Below, in pieces: positions 39,103 to 49,033 of a DNA stretch of 64,000 nucleotides. Source of the stretch: Methanomassiliicoccaceae archaeon. GTDB taxonomy: Archaea; Thermoplasmatota; Thermoplasmata; Methanomassiliicoccales; Methanomassiliicoccaceae. The stretch's first letter is position 1, and the number at the start of each line of letters is the position of its first letter. The stretch lies in contig JAXGZN010000001.1 of NCBI GenBank assembly GCA_040776945.1, positions 288,001-352,000 of the forward strand, given 5' to 3'. The position numbers were made by a program, and so were the translations under genes. The notes beneath the pieces are model-generated. The model saw nothing but the letters and a program-made list of their open reading frames with translations, had not been told where the DNA came from and did not search any database.

Positions 39103-40404
39103 TCAGAGCATGCCGAGGAGCATCATTGCCCCTATCAGCAGCATGACCAGGCCCAGTATCAACCGGAGACCTCTACGGTTCTCCAGCCGCCAGGAGTTGG
39201 CCCTCTCCGCGGAGACCCCTGCCAGGATCACCCCGAGTATGATGGCCAGCGGGAGCACGTAGATAAGATTATAAAGCGCCAGCCATGGGACGCCCTCCGA
39301 GAACGTCATGGAGTTGCTAAGCAGGTTCAATATGGCAAAGTATATGCCGCCGGTGCAGGGCAGCTCGAAGAGGCTGACCAGCACTCCCAAGACGACCGCC
39401 GCCGGGATGGTCGCCTTTTCTATGTATTTCTTGATTGTTGGCTTTTTCGACTCCGGTATGGCCATCGTGGACTTGTCCTTGAAGAAGATGAAGTCCTTGA
39501 TGTTGATGAGGCCTATGGCTATGGAGACTACCCCGGCCCCGTAGTAGATCATCCTGGTCATTGCTGTCGATTGCAAGAAGGTCAACAGCCCTAGCCCGGC
39601 TATGAAATAGACAAGGTAGACCGTGGCTATGTAGACCAGGCCCACCATGGTCACCTTCCTCTTGTCACCCAGGCTTGTGAGGAACAGCAATAAGAATATC
39701 ATGACGCTTATCGCACACGGGTTGATGCTGTCCGCGGCCGCGGCGACGATGACCATCGCGATCGTGAGGTCATTGGACCGGCCGATGCCTCCCGTGCCTG
39801 GACCATCGCTCGGTATCGTCCCTGCCGTATCGTTGCTGTCTGCACTACCGCCGGGGTCGTCCCCTCCGGCAGTGCTATTGTCCTGCCCATTGCCTGCATC
39901 GCCGGTGTTGTTCGTTGGGTCATCGCCCGGCTCATCGCCCGGCTCTTCATTGTTAATGGCCTCAAGGATCTCGATGATGGCCGGTTCAAGACCGGTCCGG
40001 ATGGCCTCTTCACCTATCAGTGCCCTTTCTCCGAGGAAGACGGACGGCACTACGCGGTTGGTGACGTTGAAGCGGTCGTTGAGCTCTTGATACAGAGCAT
40101 AATTGGTGCTATTGCGGCTAATTTCCAGCCGCAAGAACTCAACTTCAGGATATTTTCCTTCCAGACTGTCGATGTGCGGCTCTATGATCGCGCAATGGGG
40201 GCAGCCGATGGCATGGAAGAAGCGCACTACTATGCTTGCGTTATCACCGATGCCGGTGTTAGAGATATCAAGGGACGCTCCGCGCGCACCTGACAATAGG
40301 CCATCGATATAGCTGGAGCTGCCATCGGCATAGGCGGGATAGGACGCCAATACCAGCCACAGCGTCAATGCTAATGTTATGGTCATGCGGCCAACTGCTC
40401 TCAT
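39103..40404 (-). CDS. Secreted thioredoxin/glutaredoxin domain fused to a CcdA/DsbD-like transmembrane domain
   Basis: Signal peptide, GCPHC, VPSVF, Gly/Asp-rich linker, DSINPCA and ELPCTGGIY membrane cysteines. Confidence 0.85.
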   Translation of the reverse strand: MRAVGRMTITLALTLWLVLASYPAYADGSSSYIDGLLSGARGASLDISNTGIGDNASIVVRFFHAIGCPHCAIIEPHIDSLEGKYPEVEFLRLEISRNSTNYALYQELNDRFNVTNRVVPSVFLGERALIGEEAIRTGLEPAIIEILEAINNEEPGDEPGDDPTNNTGDAGNGQDNSTAGGDDPGGSADSNDTAGTIPSDGPGTGGIGRSNDLTIAMVIVAAAADSINPCAISVMIFLLLFLTSLGDKRKVTMVGLVYIATVYLVYFIAGLGLLTFLQSTAMTRMIYYGAGVVSIAIGLINIKDFIFFKDKSTMAIPESKKPTIKKYIEKATIPAAVVLGVLVSLFELPCTGGIYFAILNLLSNSMTFSEGVPWLALYNLIYVLPLAIILGVILAGVSAERANSWRLENRRGLRLILGLVMLLIGAMMLLGML

Positions 40405-40713
40405 GCCCCTGCCCCTTATGACAAATATATAGAGCTGTCCTCTAATAAAATAACGCCCGGATGGGAAGGTTACCGGCCGACATGACCTTCCGACCTTGCC
40501 TTGTCCGGTGTTTAGGGACCGGTAGAGATTCCATATGCATCACCATGTAGATGGAAGTCACGCCCGTCCGTTTTGACCCAAATGCTCTTTGGCCGATGTG
40601 CATGTTCCAATTGCATAGGGTGCCGGCCGAGGGCCACGGACAATCGGCCTCAGAGACAGATAGAATGAAGGTATCTGTTGTCCATCCTATGGTCAGATCC
40701 ATTGGGGCGATGA

Positions 40714-41484
40714 ATGAACGATGATATGGCATGGCCGATAGTTCCGGGCGATTATCAGATAGGCGATGTTAACAGTCCAGTAGCCGTTCTGATCATAGGC
40801 CGCGGAAAGGTGGTCCTTCCTGATGCCAGATATGCGATCATGGGGACGCTGAAGACTGAGAACATTGGTCTGGAAAAGGTGATCACCAACATAGTGAGCA
40901 ATCCGCGCATTAGATTCCTGGTCATCTGCGGCCGCGAGGAGTTCGGTCATTTTCCTGCCAGCGCCGTTACCTCTCTCTATAAGCGCGGTGCCGACGCACA
41001 GATGCGCATCGTTGGCTCGCGTTCAGCGATACCGTTCCTATGCAACATCCCTCGTGAAGCGGTGGACCGCTTCAGACGCCAGGTCGAGGTTATTGACCTG
41101 GTGCATTTGAAGGATGTCTCCGAGATCGTAGCCTATGATCCCCTGTACGAGCTGGATGAGAGCAGCGCAGAGGAACTGGCCCGCACCATAGACGATTGCT
41201 GGGCCAGGGATCCGGGGCCCTTCCCGGGAGAAGCGCTCACCTTTACCAGAGAGCCGCTGCTCGTCGACAGTGGCCATATCGCAGTAGAACTGAATAGGCT
41301 GGCGGACGACATCGTCGGTCAGATGCTGAGAATGCCGAGCGAACGGCTGAGCACTCGGACCGACCTCGTGATCGTCTCTTCCGAGTTCAGGATGATCATC
41401 GATCCGGTCGATGGGGTGGTGAGGACGGTGCCTTCAGTAGGGCTCGCTGGACAGATGCAGAGATATCTAAAAGGAGGGGAGTGA
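40714..41484 (+). CDS. MtrA-like (MtxA-type) corrinoid protein without a membrane anchor
   Basis: WPIVPGDYQIGD, KTENIGLEKVITNIVSNPRIRFL, CG.E..GH cobalt-ligand His, AIPFLCNIP.EAVDRFRRQV. Confidence 0.85.
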   Translation: MNDDMAWPIVPGDYQIGDVNSPVAVLIIGRGKVVLPDARYAIMGTLKTENIGLEKVITNIVSNPRIRFLVICGREEFGHFPASAVTSLYKRGADAQMRIVGSRSAIPFLCNIPREAVDRFRRQVEVIDLVHLKDVSEIVAYDPLYELDESSAEELARTIDDCWARDPGPFPGEALTFTREPLLVDSGHIAVELNRLADDIVGQMLRMPSERLSTRTDLVIVSSEFRMIIDPVDGVVRTVPSVGLAGQMQRYLKGGE

Positions 41485-42375
41485 TTGTTCAGGTTCAAAA
41501 ACCAGCAGTTCGAGTTCACGATATCTGGTGTTAGGTTCGGGGGTCAGCCTGGAAGGCGCAGGACAGTGATGGTGGGCTCAATGTGCTATCCGAGGCACAC
41601 CATCATCGAGGACCGCACCACCGGTCGTTGCCATGCCGGCTCCTTCGAACGCTTGCTGGCCCTTAAGTCAGCGGCCATGGAAGAGACCTCGACGCCCGGC
41701 GGCGTCATGCTGTTCGCCGAGACCGCTGAGGCCATGGAGATGCATCTCAGGAGAGCTGCTGACATTACCTCGATGCCGCTGTTCATCGATTCCCCCAGCG
41801 TCGACGTCAGGCTCGTGGGGGCGAGGATCGCGCACGAGATCGGCATCTCGGAGCGGGTCGTCTATAACTCCATCACCGCTGGCGTTTCCGAGAGGGAGCT
41901 TGAAGCCATCTGTGACTCTGGCATCACCGCCGCCGTCCTCCTGGCGTTCAACCCCGCCGATCTGGGGGTGAAGGGGAAGATATACCTTCTTGAAGATGGT
42001 GGGGGACTGCTTCCCTCTGGCCTTGTGGAACTCGCACGCAAGGCAGGGATTACCAGGCCCCTGATAGACACCGCGGTCATGGCCGCCGAGCAAGGGGCCG
42101 GAGCTGCTCTAAGAGCCATCATAGTTTCCAAGGCCAAATGGGGGCTGCCCTCAGGTTGCGCGCTCCATAATGCTGTGGAATCATATTCTCCACTGGCGGC
42201 CCTAAAGGATGAAGAGCGAAAGATATACCAATACGTGGACACGGCCTCGGCGATAATGCCTATAATGGCCGGCGGCGATTTTGTCATATACGGGCCGATC
42301 GAGCACGCTAGGCGGGCCTGCCATGCAGCATCCTTCGCCGACGAGATGATGGAACAGGCGGCCGCAGACCTCTAG
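41485..42375 (+). CDS. MtrH-like (MtxH-type) pterin-binding methyltransferase
   Basis: MFRFKNQQ, FGGQPG, FIDS, YNSI, PLIDTA, KAKWGLPSGCALHN, GGDFVIYGPIE. Confidence 0.88.
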   Translation: MFRFKNQQFEFTISGVRFGGQPGRRRTVMVGSMCYPRHTIIEDRTTGRCHAGSFERLLALKSAAMEETSTPGGVMLFAETAEAMEMHLRRAADITSMPLFIDSPSVDVRLVGARIAHEIGISERVVYNSITAGVSERELEAICDSGITAAVLLAFNPADLGVKGKIYLLEDGGGLLPSGLVELARKAGITRPLIDTAVMAAEQGAGAALRAIIVSKAKWGLPSGCALHNAVESYSPLAALKDEERKIYQYVDTASAIMPIMAGGDFVIYGPIEHARRACHAASFADEMMEQAAADL

Positions 42376-44336
42376 ATCTCCAGGGCCTTGCCCACCGCAC
42401 GTGCTCGCACCCGCATCTGGACAAGTTCGTCGTCCTGCAGCGTACTGTTAGAGCGCCCCCTCTCCTCCTCGATCTTTAGGTCCACTGTGAGATTGACCCC
42501 TCCCGCGGCCCTCGCTCGGTCCAACGCGTACTTGGTGGCGAGCTCACGGGCCTTTTTTACAGCCTCGTCCTCGCCACCGCAGGGTATCGGCGCATTATAG
42601 GACGAGAACACCGCGTACCCTTTCTCCCGAGGATATACGAAAACGTCGACGAACTCGGACACCTGTCCGCAGGCCGCGCCGACGGCATTGCCCACCTCAT
42701 AGTCGTTCGGTATTATCACATGAGCACCGAGAAGTTCCGCCAGTGGAGCTATGAACTCCTTTGCTGGTGCGCCCAGGCCGATGATCGGCCGGCCCACTTT
42801 GGCCTTGAGGGATATCATGGAGCACCTCTTGTTCCCGGTGACCAGGTCCATAACGCCCTGGAAGGATTTTGAGTCCGGCAGCGCCCCTATCTCATCCGAG
42901 AGAAGCTTGCGCACGACCTCGTCCGCTATCTTGGCGCTGACCGAGCGCATCACCATCTCCATCAGTTCCTCGTCCTTGACCCCTAGCACCCCAGCGAACA
43001 GGCGTACGCCCATAAGGGAGGCTTGCCGATCACCTTTTACATACTTGCCGGTTGCATGGAGCACATCGGTGGGGGTGAGGCCTATCCCTTGTATCACCTC
43101 CCTGGAGCGCATGTCTCGGACATGCGAGTCCAGGAGCACCACGTCGTCAAGCTCCCGCTTGAGCTCGACGGGGGCCAATGGGCCTTTCTCCCGCAGCACA
43201 CTAACTATCCTTTCCTCTGTTTGGGACAGACGATGCTGTCCCGGTGGCGCGAACAGGAAGCGGGCCTGACCAAGATCGGTCATCTTATCGTTCAGTCCTG
43301 GGAACGTCCGTGAGGCGTGGCACAGGGGCACGACCCTCTCCGGACCGATGAGCACCCCTCCATCCTTGGCCGCTCTCACCTCAGAGTCCCCGCCCAAGGC
43401 CGTGGTCCACATGTCAACCGCTTCCACTCGGGTGCGCCACCTGCCTACCATGGAGCCTTCCGACGTGACCTTGGGCACTCCGCCTTGCAGGACCGCGATG
43501 TCGGTGGATGTGCCCCCCATGTCGATGACCACACAGTCCTCGAGACCGGCGAGCACTCTTCCGCCCATGGCACTGGCCGCCGGACCTGAAAGGATCGTAT
43601 CCACTGGTCTCTCCATTGCCGTCCTGATGTTCATCAATGTGCCGTCCCCCTTGAACACCATGACCGGGGCCTCGATGCCGTGCCGGGTCAGGATCCTCCC
43701 GACCTTGGAAAGGAAATCCTCAAGGACCGGGATGAGCCTGGCGTTGAGCACGGCGGTCACTGTTCGCTCATGAACGCCCAGTTCTCCGGTGAGCTGGTGT
43801 GCCAGGACGGTCGGGATGCCGTATCTTTTTCCGATGAGCTTTCCGGCCTCGATCTCATGATAGGGATTGTGCACGCTGAACAGACCAGAGACCACGACGC
43901 TGTCCACCTGACCTTTCATCTCTCCGGCCGCAGCATCGATGCCATCTACATCCAGGAGACCGACCGATCTCCCGCGGACATCATGACCGCCGCCCACGAA
44001 CCTTTGCATCTTGGCGCCCAGTTCCCATCCTCCCTGCGGCTTCCAGCCCAGGCCGATCAGCCCCACCTGACCGCCCTTCCCCTCGAGGATCGAGTTCGTC
44101 GCCAGAGTGGTCGAAACACCGACCAGGCTAGGCTCGAAGGATCGATGGCCATATGCGTCCAGTACGTTGTCGATCGCCTCTTCCAACCCGATGCTCAGCT
44201 CGTGATGGGTCGTACGCGCCTTGGCCTTGAAAAGGACCTCGTTGCTGCGCATGTCCATTATCGCCGCATCGGTGAACGTGCCCCCTGTGTCGATGCCTAG
44301 TCCGTAGATCACGCCATTGTTCGCCTGGAACGTCAT
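42372..44336 (-). CDS. Hydantoinase/oxoprolinase N-terminal family protein
   Basis: GIDTGGTFTDA, STTLATNS, SGPAAS, DMGGTSTD, LGGDS, LTPTD, GNAVGA. Confidence 0.88.
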   Translation of the reverse strand: MTFQANNGVIYGLGIDTGGTFTDAAIMDMRSNEVLFKAKARTTHHELSIGLEEAIDNVLDAYGHRSFEPSLVGVSTTLATNSILEGKGGQVGLIGLGWKPQGGWELGAKMQRFVGGGHDVRGRSVGLLDVDGIDAAAGEMKGQVDSVVVSGLFSVHNPYHEIEAGKLIGKRYGIPTVLAHQLTGELGVHERTVTAVLNARLIPVLEDFLSKVGRILTRHGIEAPVMVFKGDGTLMNIRTAMERPVDTILSGPAASAMGGRVLAGLEDCVVIDMGGTSTDIAVLQGGVPKVTSEGSMVGRWRTRVEAVDMWTTALGGDSEVRAAKDGGVLIGPERVVPLCHASRTFPGLNDKMTDLGQARFLFAPPGQHRLSQTEERIVSVLREKGPLAPVELKRELDDVVLLDSHVRDMRSREVIQGIGLTPTDVLHATGKYVKGDRQASLMGVRLFAGVLGVKDEELMEMVMRSVSAKIADEVVRKLLSDEIGALPDSKSFQGVMDLVTGNKRCSMISLKAKVGRPIIGLGAPAKEFIAPLAELLGAHVIIPNDYEVGNAVGAACGQVSEFVDVFVYPREKGYAVFSSYNAPIPCGGEDEAVKKARELATKYALDRARAAGGVNLTVDLKIEEERGRSNSTLQDDELVQMRVRARAVGKALEI

Positions 44337-44641
44337 TGCGGTCTCATCCCTCAGGATGGCCGCGACGGCTCAGGCCGCCGCGGCCGGCCGTTTATTCCGT
44401 ACAATGGTATAATTCCTTTTCCGAAAACATCGCCGAAGGTAAGGCCAAGGCAACGCGCAATTCCCTGCGGACAGAGGGCCGCCTGTCCCTTCGCACGTCC
44501 ATTCACGTCACGCCGGGAGGCGTGTTCCTCATCCTGATGGCAAGGATGCGGCCATAGGCCTCGCCGGAAGGGGCCGTCATAGGGCCTTGGACATTATCGA
44601 TTCCGGCCTGCCAAGCGCCCTATCCTTCGTCCTCAGCACCG

Positions 44642-46072
44642 TCATGCTCCCTTCTTGAGGACCTTTCGGAAAATCTCTATATCCTCCTGGTCGACCGCTT
44701 TCAATGCGAAGAGCAGTAAAAGGTAGACCGCCGCCCCTGTGATTATGGAGAGCAACAGATTGTCCCAGGGAAGCATGATGAGAACGAAGGCCATTCCCAG
44801 ACCGGCCAGGGTGGGCCGGAGGATGATATCGGAGACCTTCAGATGCACCACCCTCCTGCTCATGAAATAATGGCTGATGACGTTGGTTATCAATGTGGCC
44901 ACCGTGAACGCCAAGGCTGCCCCCAGCGCTCCCCATGCAGGGATGGCGAGGAAACATATCAGAAGGTTGGCGGCGGCCCCCGCCACTGAAGATATTGTGC
45001 TCAGATGCATTAGGTTGGCGGCGGCCAGGAGGCTCCCTTGCCCAGTGCCGAAATAGGAAATGGCCAGGACCGGCAGCAAGATCTGCAGGACCACGGCGGA
45101 CTCGGGCCGGTCGGGGAACAACAGGCCGATGATCTGGTGAGCCAGGATCGTTCCTCCCAAGGTCATGGGGAGTCCCAGGCTGTACATGTACTTCATGATC
45201 TTTTGCTGCGCCAGTTTGGTCATCTCCTTCGATGAGCCGAAGAGCCGGGCTATGACCGGGAGAAGGGCCGTGCGGAACACCGTGGGGACCGCGATCAGGG
45301 CGGCCACTAGATTGAAGGCGACAACGAACTGGTTATTGGCCGCCTGGCCGGCGCTAAGGCCGTCCAGTCCGCCGATTATCGAGAGAAGGAGGAACCCGTT
45401 TATCGAGTATAGTGTGCTCACCAGGGCGACGTTGATGGCGAACGGCGTGGCCCCCTTCAGGTCCGCCTTGATGTCCCTGAACCTGATCTCCTTCGAAGGT
45501 TTGACTATCAGGCGGGAGCACACCGTATATGAGAGGATCGCGTACAGCAGGCTCCCTGTGAGCACCACCATGACCACTGTCGCCAGCCCATACCCCATTA
45601 TCACTAGGGCGATGGCGGTGGAGACGGTGAACATCCTCTCCACCAAGTAGGTCATGAAGACATAGTGCATCTTCTCGAAGGCGGTGAACATTGAGGTGAA
45701 CGTCTGAGCTATCCATCCCAGAAGATTGGATAGCGCTATGACCAGGTACGCGAAGGCCACATCGGACGGGAGGTCAGATATGAGAACGAAGCCTAGCGTC
45801 AATATCACGGCAACGGTGCCAAGCGTCCCCCTGATCGTTAGGATGGAGCTCAGCTTTCTACCGGCGATGTCCCGGTTCTGAGCCACGTCGATCACCATCT
45901 TGGTCCCCAAGCCCAGGTCGGCTATCAGGAACAGGACGGTGGCCACTGAGAACGCGGAGGTGTAGGTGGGGTAGTCATCGACCAGCTTGACGCTCAGAAC
46001 CATCGCTAGGACCAGGGTGCTCAACTGGCTTATGAACTGGACCATTCCCATGGCCAGGGAGTTCTTTGCCAC
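44642..46072 (-). CDS. Wzx/MOP-family polysaccharide flippase
   Basis: Multi-pass hydrophobic protein with AKNS, ADLGL, LLPVIAR, WGALGAALA. Confidence 0.85.
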   Translation of the reverse strand: MAKNSLAMGMVQFISQLSTLVLAMVLSVKLVDDYPTYTSAFSVATVLFLIADLGLGTKMVIDVAQNRDIAGRKLSSILTIRGTLGTVAVILTLGFVLISDLPSDVAFAYLVIALSNLLGWIAQTFTSMFTAFEKMHYVFMTYLVERMFTVSTAIALVIMGYGLATVVMVVLTGSLLYAILSYTVCSRLIVKPSKEIRFRDIKADLKGATPFAINVALVSTLYSINGFLLLSIIGGLDGLSAGQAANNQFVVAFNLVAALIAVPTVFRTALLPVIARLFGSSKEMTKLAQQKIMKYMYSLGLPMTLGGTILAHQIIGLLFPDRPESAVVLQILLPVLAISYFGTGQGSLLAAANLMHLSTISSVAGAAANLLICFLAIPAWGALGAALAFTVATLITNVISHYFMSRRVVHLKVSDIILRPTLAGLGMAFVLIMLPWDNLLLSIITGAAVYLLLLFALKAVDQEDIEIFRKVLKKGA

Positions 46073-46123
46073 TCCTCGTACAAGTCCTATCGGATCACCA
46101 TCACATTCGTTCCCTTGAAGCCA

Positions 46124-47455
46124 TCAGAGATCCTCCCGCTGATGCTTCTTGGCATCGCTCCTCTTGAAGATGGCCCGGAACTTATCCTTTGCGGGAAAAA
46201 CGGCCGTTCTAGACCTGTCCAAGGCATCCTCATCGGTCTTCATTCTCAGGAGGTCGTAGGCCTTTTTCGCCAGCTCCCCTCCGTACCTATACCTCCAGAG
46301 CATAGGGAAAGGGTCGGTCAGTGCATAGTAGGCGTGTACGTCGACCTTGGCAATGGACTGGAGCCATTGGAACGTATTGATCTCTCCTCTCCGATAAAGT
46401 CTCCAGAACGAGTTGATATCGTTGAGGCTGTCCCACCAGACCATTCCGTCGGGGTAGTCGCCAACCTCCGGTAATGGATGGCCGATTAGGTCGCAGTATT
46501 GGAACAGGACCAAGGGAATGCCGGCCGCGGCCTGAAGGGCATTGGTCTGCCCGGTCCTGGCGTTCATCTCGACCATTTTAAAGGCCCCGTCCCGCTGGTC
46601 CCGCTTGAACTCCACATATCCTATTCCGCGGTACCCCATGCCTTTCATGAATCGAATGGCTAGCTCCCTCACCTCAGGCTGATGAGCGCTCTTCACGAGG
46701 GAGCCGACGCCGAAGCTGGGAGGATATTGTCTTAGCTTATGCCAACAAAAGTCCGGCGAAACATAGCCGTTCCGGCCGAAATATGCCCCTACGCTGTAGA
46801 GGTCCTTCCCCGTAGGGGTCATTATCGTCTGCACCATCACCTCATGTCCGGACGCGAAGATCGCCTTCATCTTATTCCGAAGCTCCTCGGCGTCCTTGAC
46901 CGCGAACCCCTTATTGTCAAAGGTTGCACACCATTTGTGAGAGCGCAGCGGCTTGATGAAAGCAGGGAACCGCACAGTGTAAGCGACCATCTCAAGATCG
47001 TCCGGCCCGGAAGGGAAGCACGTCTCTGGGACCGGGATTCCCAAACGGACCGCTTCCCTGTACTGGAGGCGTTTGTCGACCATCGCCTCGCGGACACCTT
47101 CGGGAGGTACGTTGAAATGGAAATGCTTGGAAAGCTCCCGCTCATGATGGGCTAGAAGTTGAACAGCGTCGTCCGACGCGGGGAAGATCACTCCCTTGCG
47201 GTCCTGTCCCTCCCCTGCCTGGATGAGCGCCTCTACCGCAGCCTTGGGGTCCTCCCTTATGTCCTCGATCAGAAGACGGTCGACGTACCTAGAGGCGAAC
47301 CCCGGCGCCTTGGGGTGGCTGTCGATGCCGATAACCGGTACCCCGCTTCGTCCTAACGTGCGGGCGACGGCCAGGCCATTGGCGCCCATGTTGATCACGT
47401 AGGCGGTAGGCATCATATCCTTTGGAATGGTCTGGCCTCCATGGCCGGCTACCAC
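46124..47455 (-). CDS. ATP-grasp carboxylate-amine ligase (D-aspartate ligase-like), copy 1
   Basis: GANGLAVARTLGRSG, DKRLQY, FIKP, KLRQYPPSFG, VEFKRD, EMNAR. Confidence 0.85.
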   Translation of the reverse strand: MVAGHGGQTIPKDMMPTAYVINMGANGLAVARTLGRSGVPVIGIDSHPKAPGFASRYVDRLLIEDIREDPKAAVEALIQAGEGQDRKGVIFPASDDAVQLLAHHERELSKHFHFNVPPEGVREAMVDKRLQYREAVRLGIPVPETCFPSGPDDLEMVAYTVRFPAFIKPLRSHKWCATFDNKGFAVKDAEELRNKMKAIFASGHEVMVQTIMTPTGKDLYSVGAYFGRNGYVSPDFCWHKLRQYPPSFGVGSLVKSAHQPEVRELAIRFMKGMGYRGIGYVEFKRDQRDGAFKMVEMNARTGQTNALQAAAGIPLVLFQYCDLIGHPLPEVGDYPDGMVWWDSLNDINSFWRLYRRGEINTFQWLQSIAKVDVHAYYALTDPFPMLWRYRYGGELAKKAYDLLRMKTDEDALDRSRTAVFPAKDKFRAIFKRSDAKKHQREDL

Positions 47456-47590
47456 TTAATCCCTATTTAACTTATTCCGCTGGAGAATCTTAATCAGGAC
47501 GATCACGTTCCGATGGTGGGCCCCTCCGAGCGATCGATGATGGCCTTGGGCGGAGAGAGGCGGTGAACCATGGCGCATGATATCGCTCGT

Positions 47591-48910
47591 TCATGCCGGC
47601 CTGTTGCCCTTATCCGCGTCTGCCGAGTAAGGGGCAAGCCGCGCCTTGTTGAGCGTTACGGACCCTTGCCGGGCGCCCACATCATCTTCGTCGACCTTCA
47701 TCCTTAACAGGTCTGCCATGAGCCTTGCCAACTTGATGCCGAAACCATACCGATAGAGCACAGGGAGGCGGTCATCGGGCGCATAATGTGAGTAAATATC
47801 AGAGCCGAGCCATGAGCGAAGCCATTGTCCGCATGTCATCTCGCCACGACGGCGGAGCCGATAGAACGAGTCGATATCCATCATGCCGTCCCACCACCTG
47901 ACCCCATCGCGGAAGTCCTTCAGCTCCGGCTTGGGCCGGCCGGTCAGGTCCAAGTATTGCAAGTACACCAAGGGGATCCCTGCCCCGTCGGAAAGCTCGT
48001 GCGCCATCCAGGTACGGGCGTTCAGTTCGATCAGCTTCCACTCCCCGTCCCTCTCGTCCCTCTTGAAGCCCACCGATGCGATCCCTTTGTACCCAAGTCC
48101 GTTCATGAACTTCATTCCCAGTTCGGCGACCTCGGGTTGATGGCAGCTCATGGCCAACGACGCGACCCCGAAGTTCGGAGGGTACTGTCGCACCTTTTGC
48201 CAGGTGATCACAGGGGAGACGTACCCGTCACGGCCCATGTACGCTCCTACGTTGAAAAGGTCCTTGCCCGGTGGCCATATGATGTCCTGCACCATGACCT
48301 CCTGGTCTGTCGCCAACACCTGTCTCATCCTCTCCCTCAGTTCAGCGGCGTCCTTGACCACGAACCCCTTTACCCTAAAGATCGGGGACCAAAGATGAGA
48401 GTACAGCGGCTTGATGAACGCGGGGAAGCGCAGCCGGTCCATCCCTTCCTCCACCTCCCTCATCGAGCGAGGGTAGAAGGTCTCCGTCATCGGTATGCCC
48501 AGCCTTATAGCCTCCTCATACTGAAGGCGCTTGTTTATCATCGCCTCCACCACCTTCTCTGGCGGCGCGATTAGTTCGAAGCTTCCTGCCAACCTGCCTC
48601 GGTTCCTTGAGATGAACAGGACGGCGGGGTCCGAGGCAGCGAAGAGGACAGGTCGCTCGTCCAGTCTTTCACCTTCCTCCATGAGCATATCGAGCAATCT
48701 TTCCGGTTCCTTGAGTATGTCCGGGCCGATCATGGGAGCGACGAACCTGGAGCGCATTCCAGGCAGGTCCGTCCGATGGTCCACTCCCACGACCGTGATG
48801 CCTCTCCTGCCAAGTGTCCTGGCGATCCCTAGGCCATTTATGCCCATGTTGAGCACGTACGCTCTTGGTAACGGTCCATCTTGCACCCTATCGCTATCCT
48901 GTCTGAACAT
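47591..48910 (-). CDS. ATP-grasp carboxylate-amine ligase (D-aspartate ligase-like), copy 2
   Basis: GINGLGIARTLGRRG, NKRLQY, FIKP, KVRQYPPNFG, VGFKRD, ELNAR. Confidence 0.85.
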   Translation of the reverse strand: MFRQDSDRVQDGPLPRAYVLNMGINGLGIARTLGRRGITVVGVDHRTDLPGMRSRFVAPMIGPDILKEPERLLDMLMEEGERLDERPVLFAASDPAVLFISRNRGRLAGSFELIAPPEKVVEAMINKRLQYEEAIRLGIPMTETFYPRSMREVEEGMDRLRFPAFIKPLYSHLWSPIFRVKGFVVKDAAELRERMRQVLATDQEVMVQDIIWPPGKDLFNVGAYMGRDGYVSPVITWQKVRQYPPNFGVASLAMSCHQPEVAELGMKFMNGLGYKGIASVGFKRDERDGEWKLIELNARTWMAHELSDGAGIPLVYLQYLDLTGRPKPELKDFRDGVRWWDGMMDIDSFYRLRRRGEMTCGQWLRSWLGSDIYSHYAPDDRLPVLYRYGFGIKLARLMADLLRMKVDEDDVGARQGSVTLNKARLAPYSADADKGNRPA

Positions 48911-49033
48911 CGGAGCCTCCCCTTAATGTACTTGTCCAAGGTAGCTTTGGCAGGCCCAATACGCCTGCCTCGGGCCGGTCGAGAGCCGGCGGGCCGTCAA
49001 AAGGATTATCCTTGCCCATCCCCTAGGCCCCAT

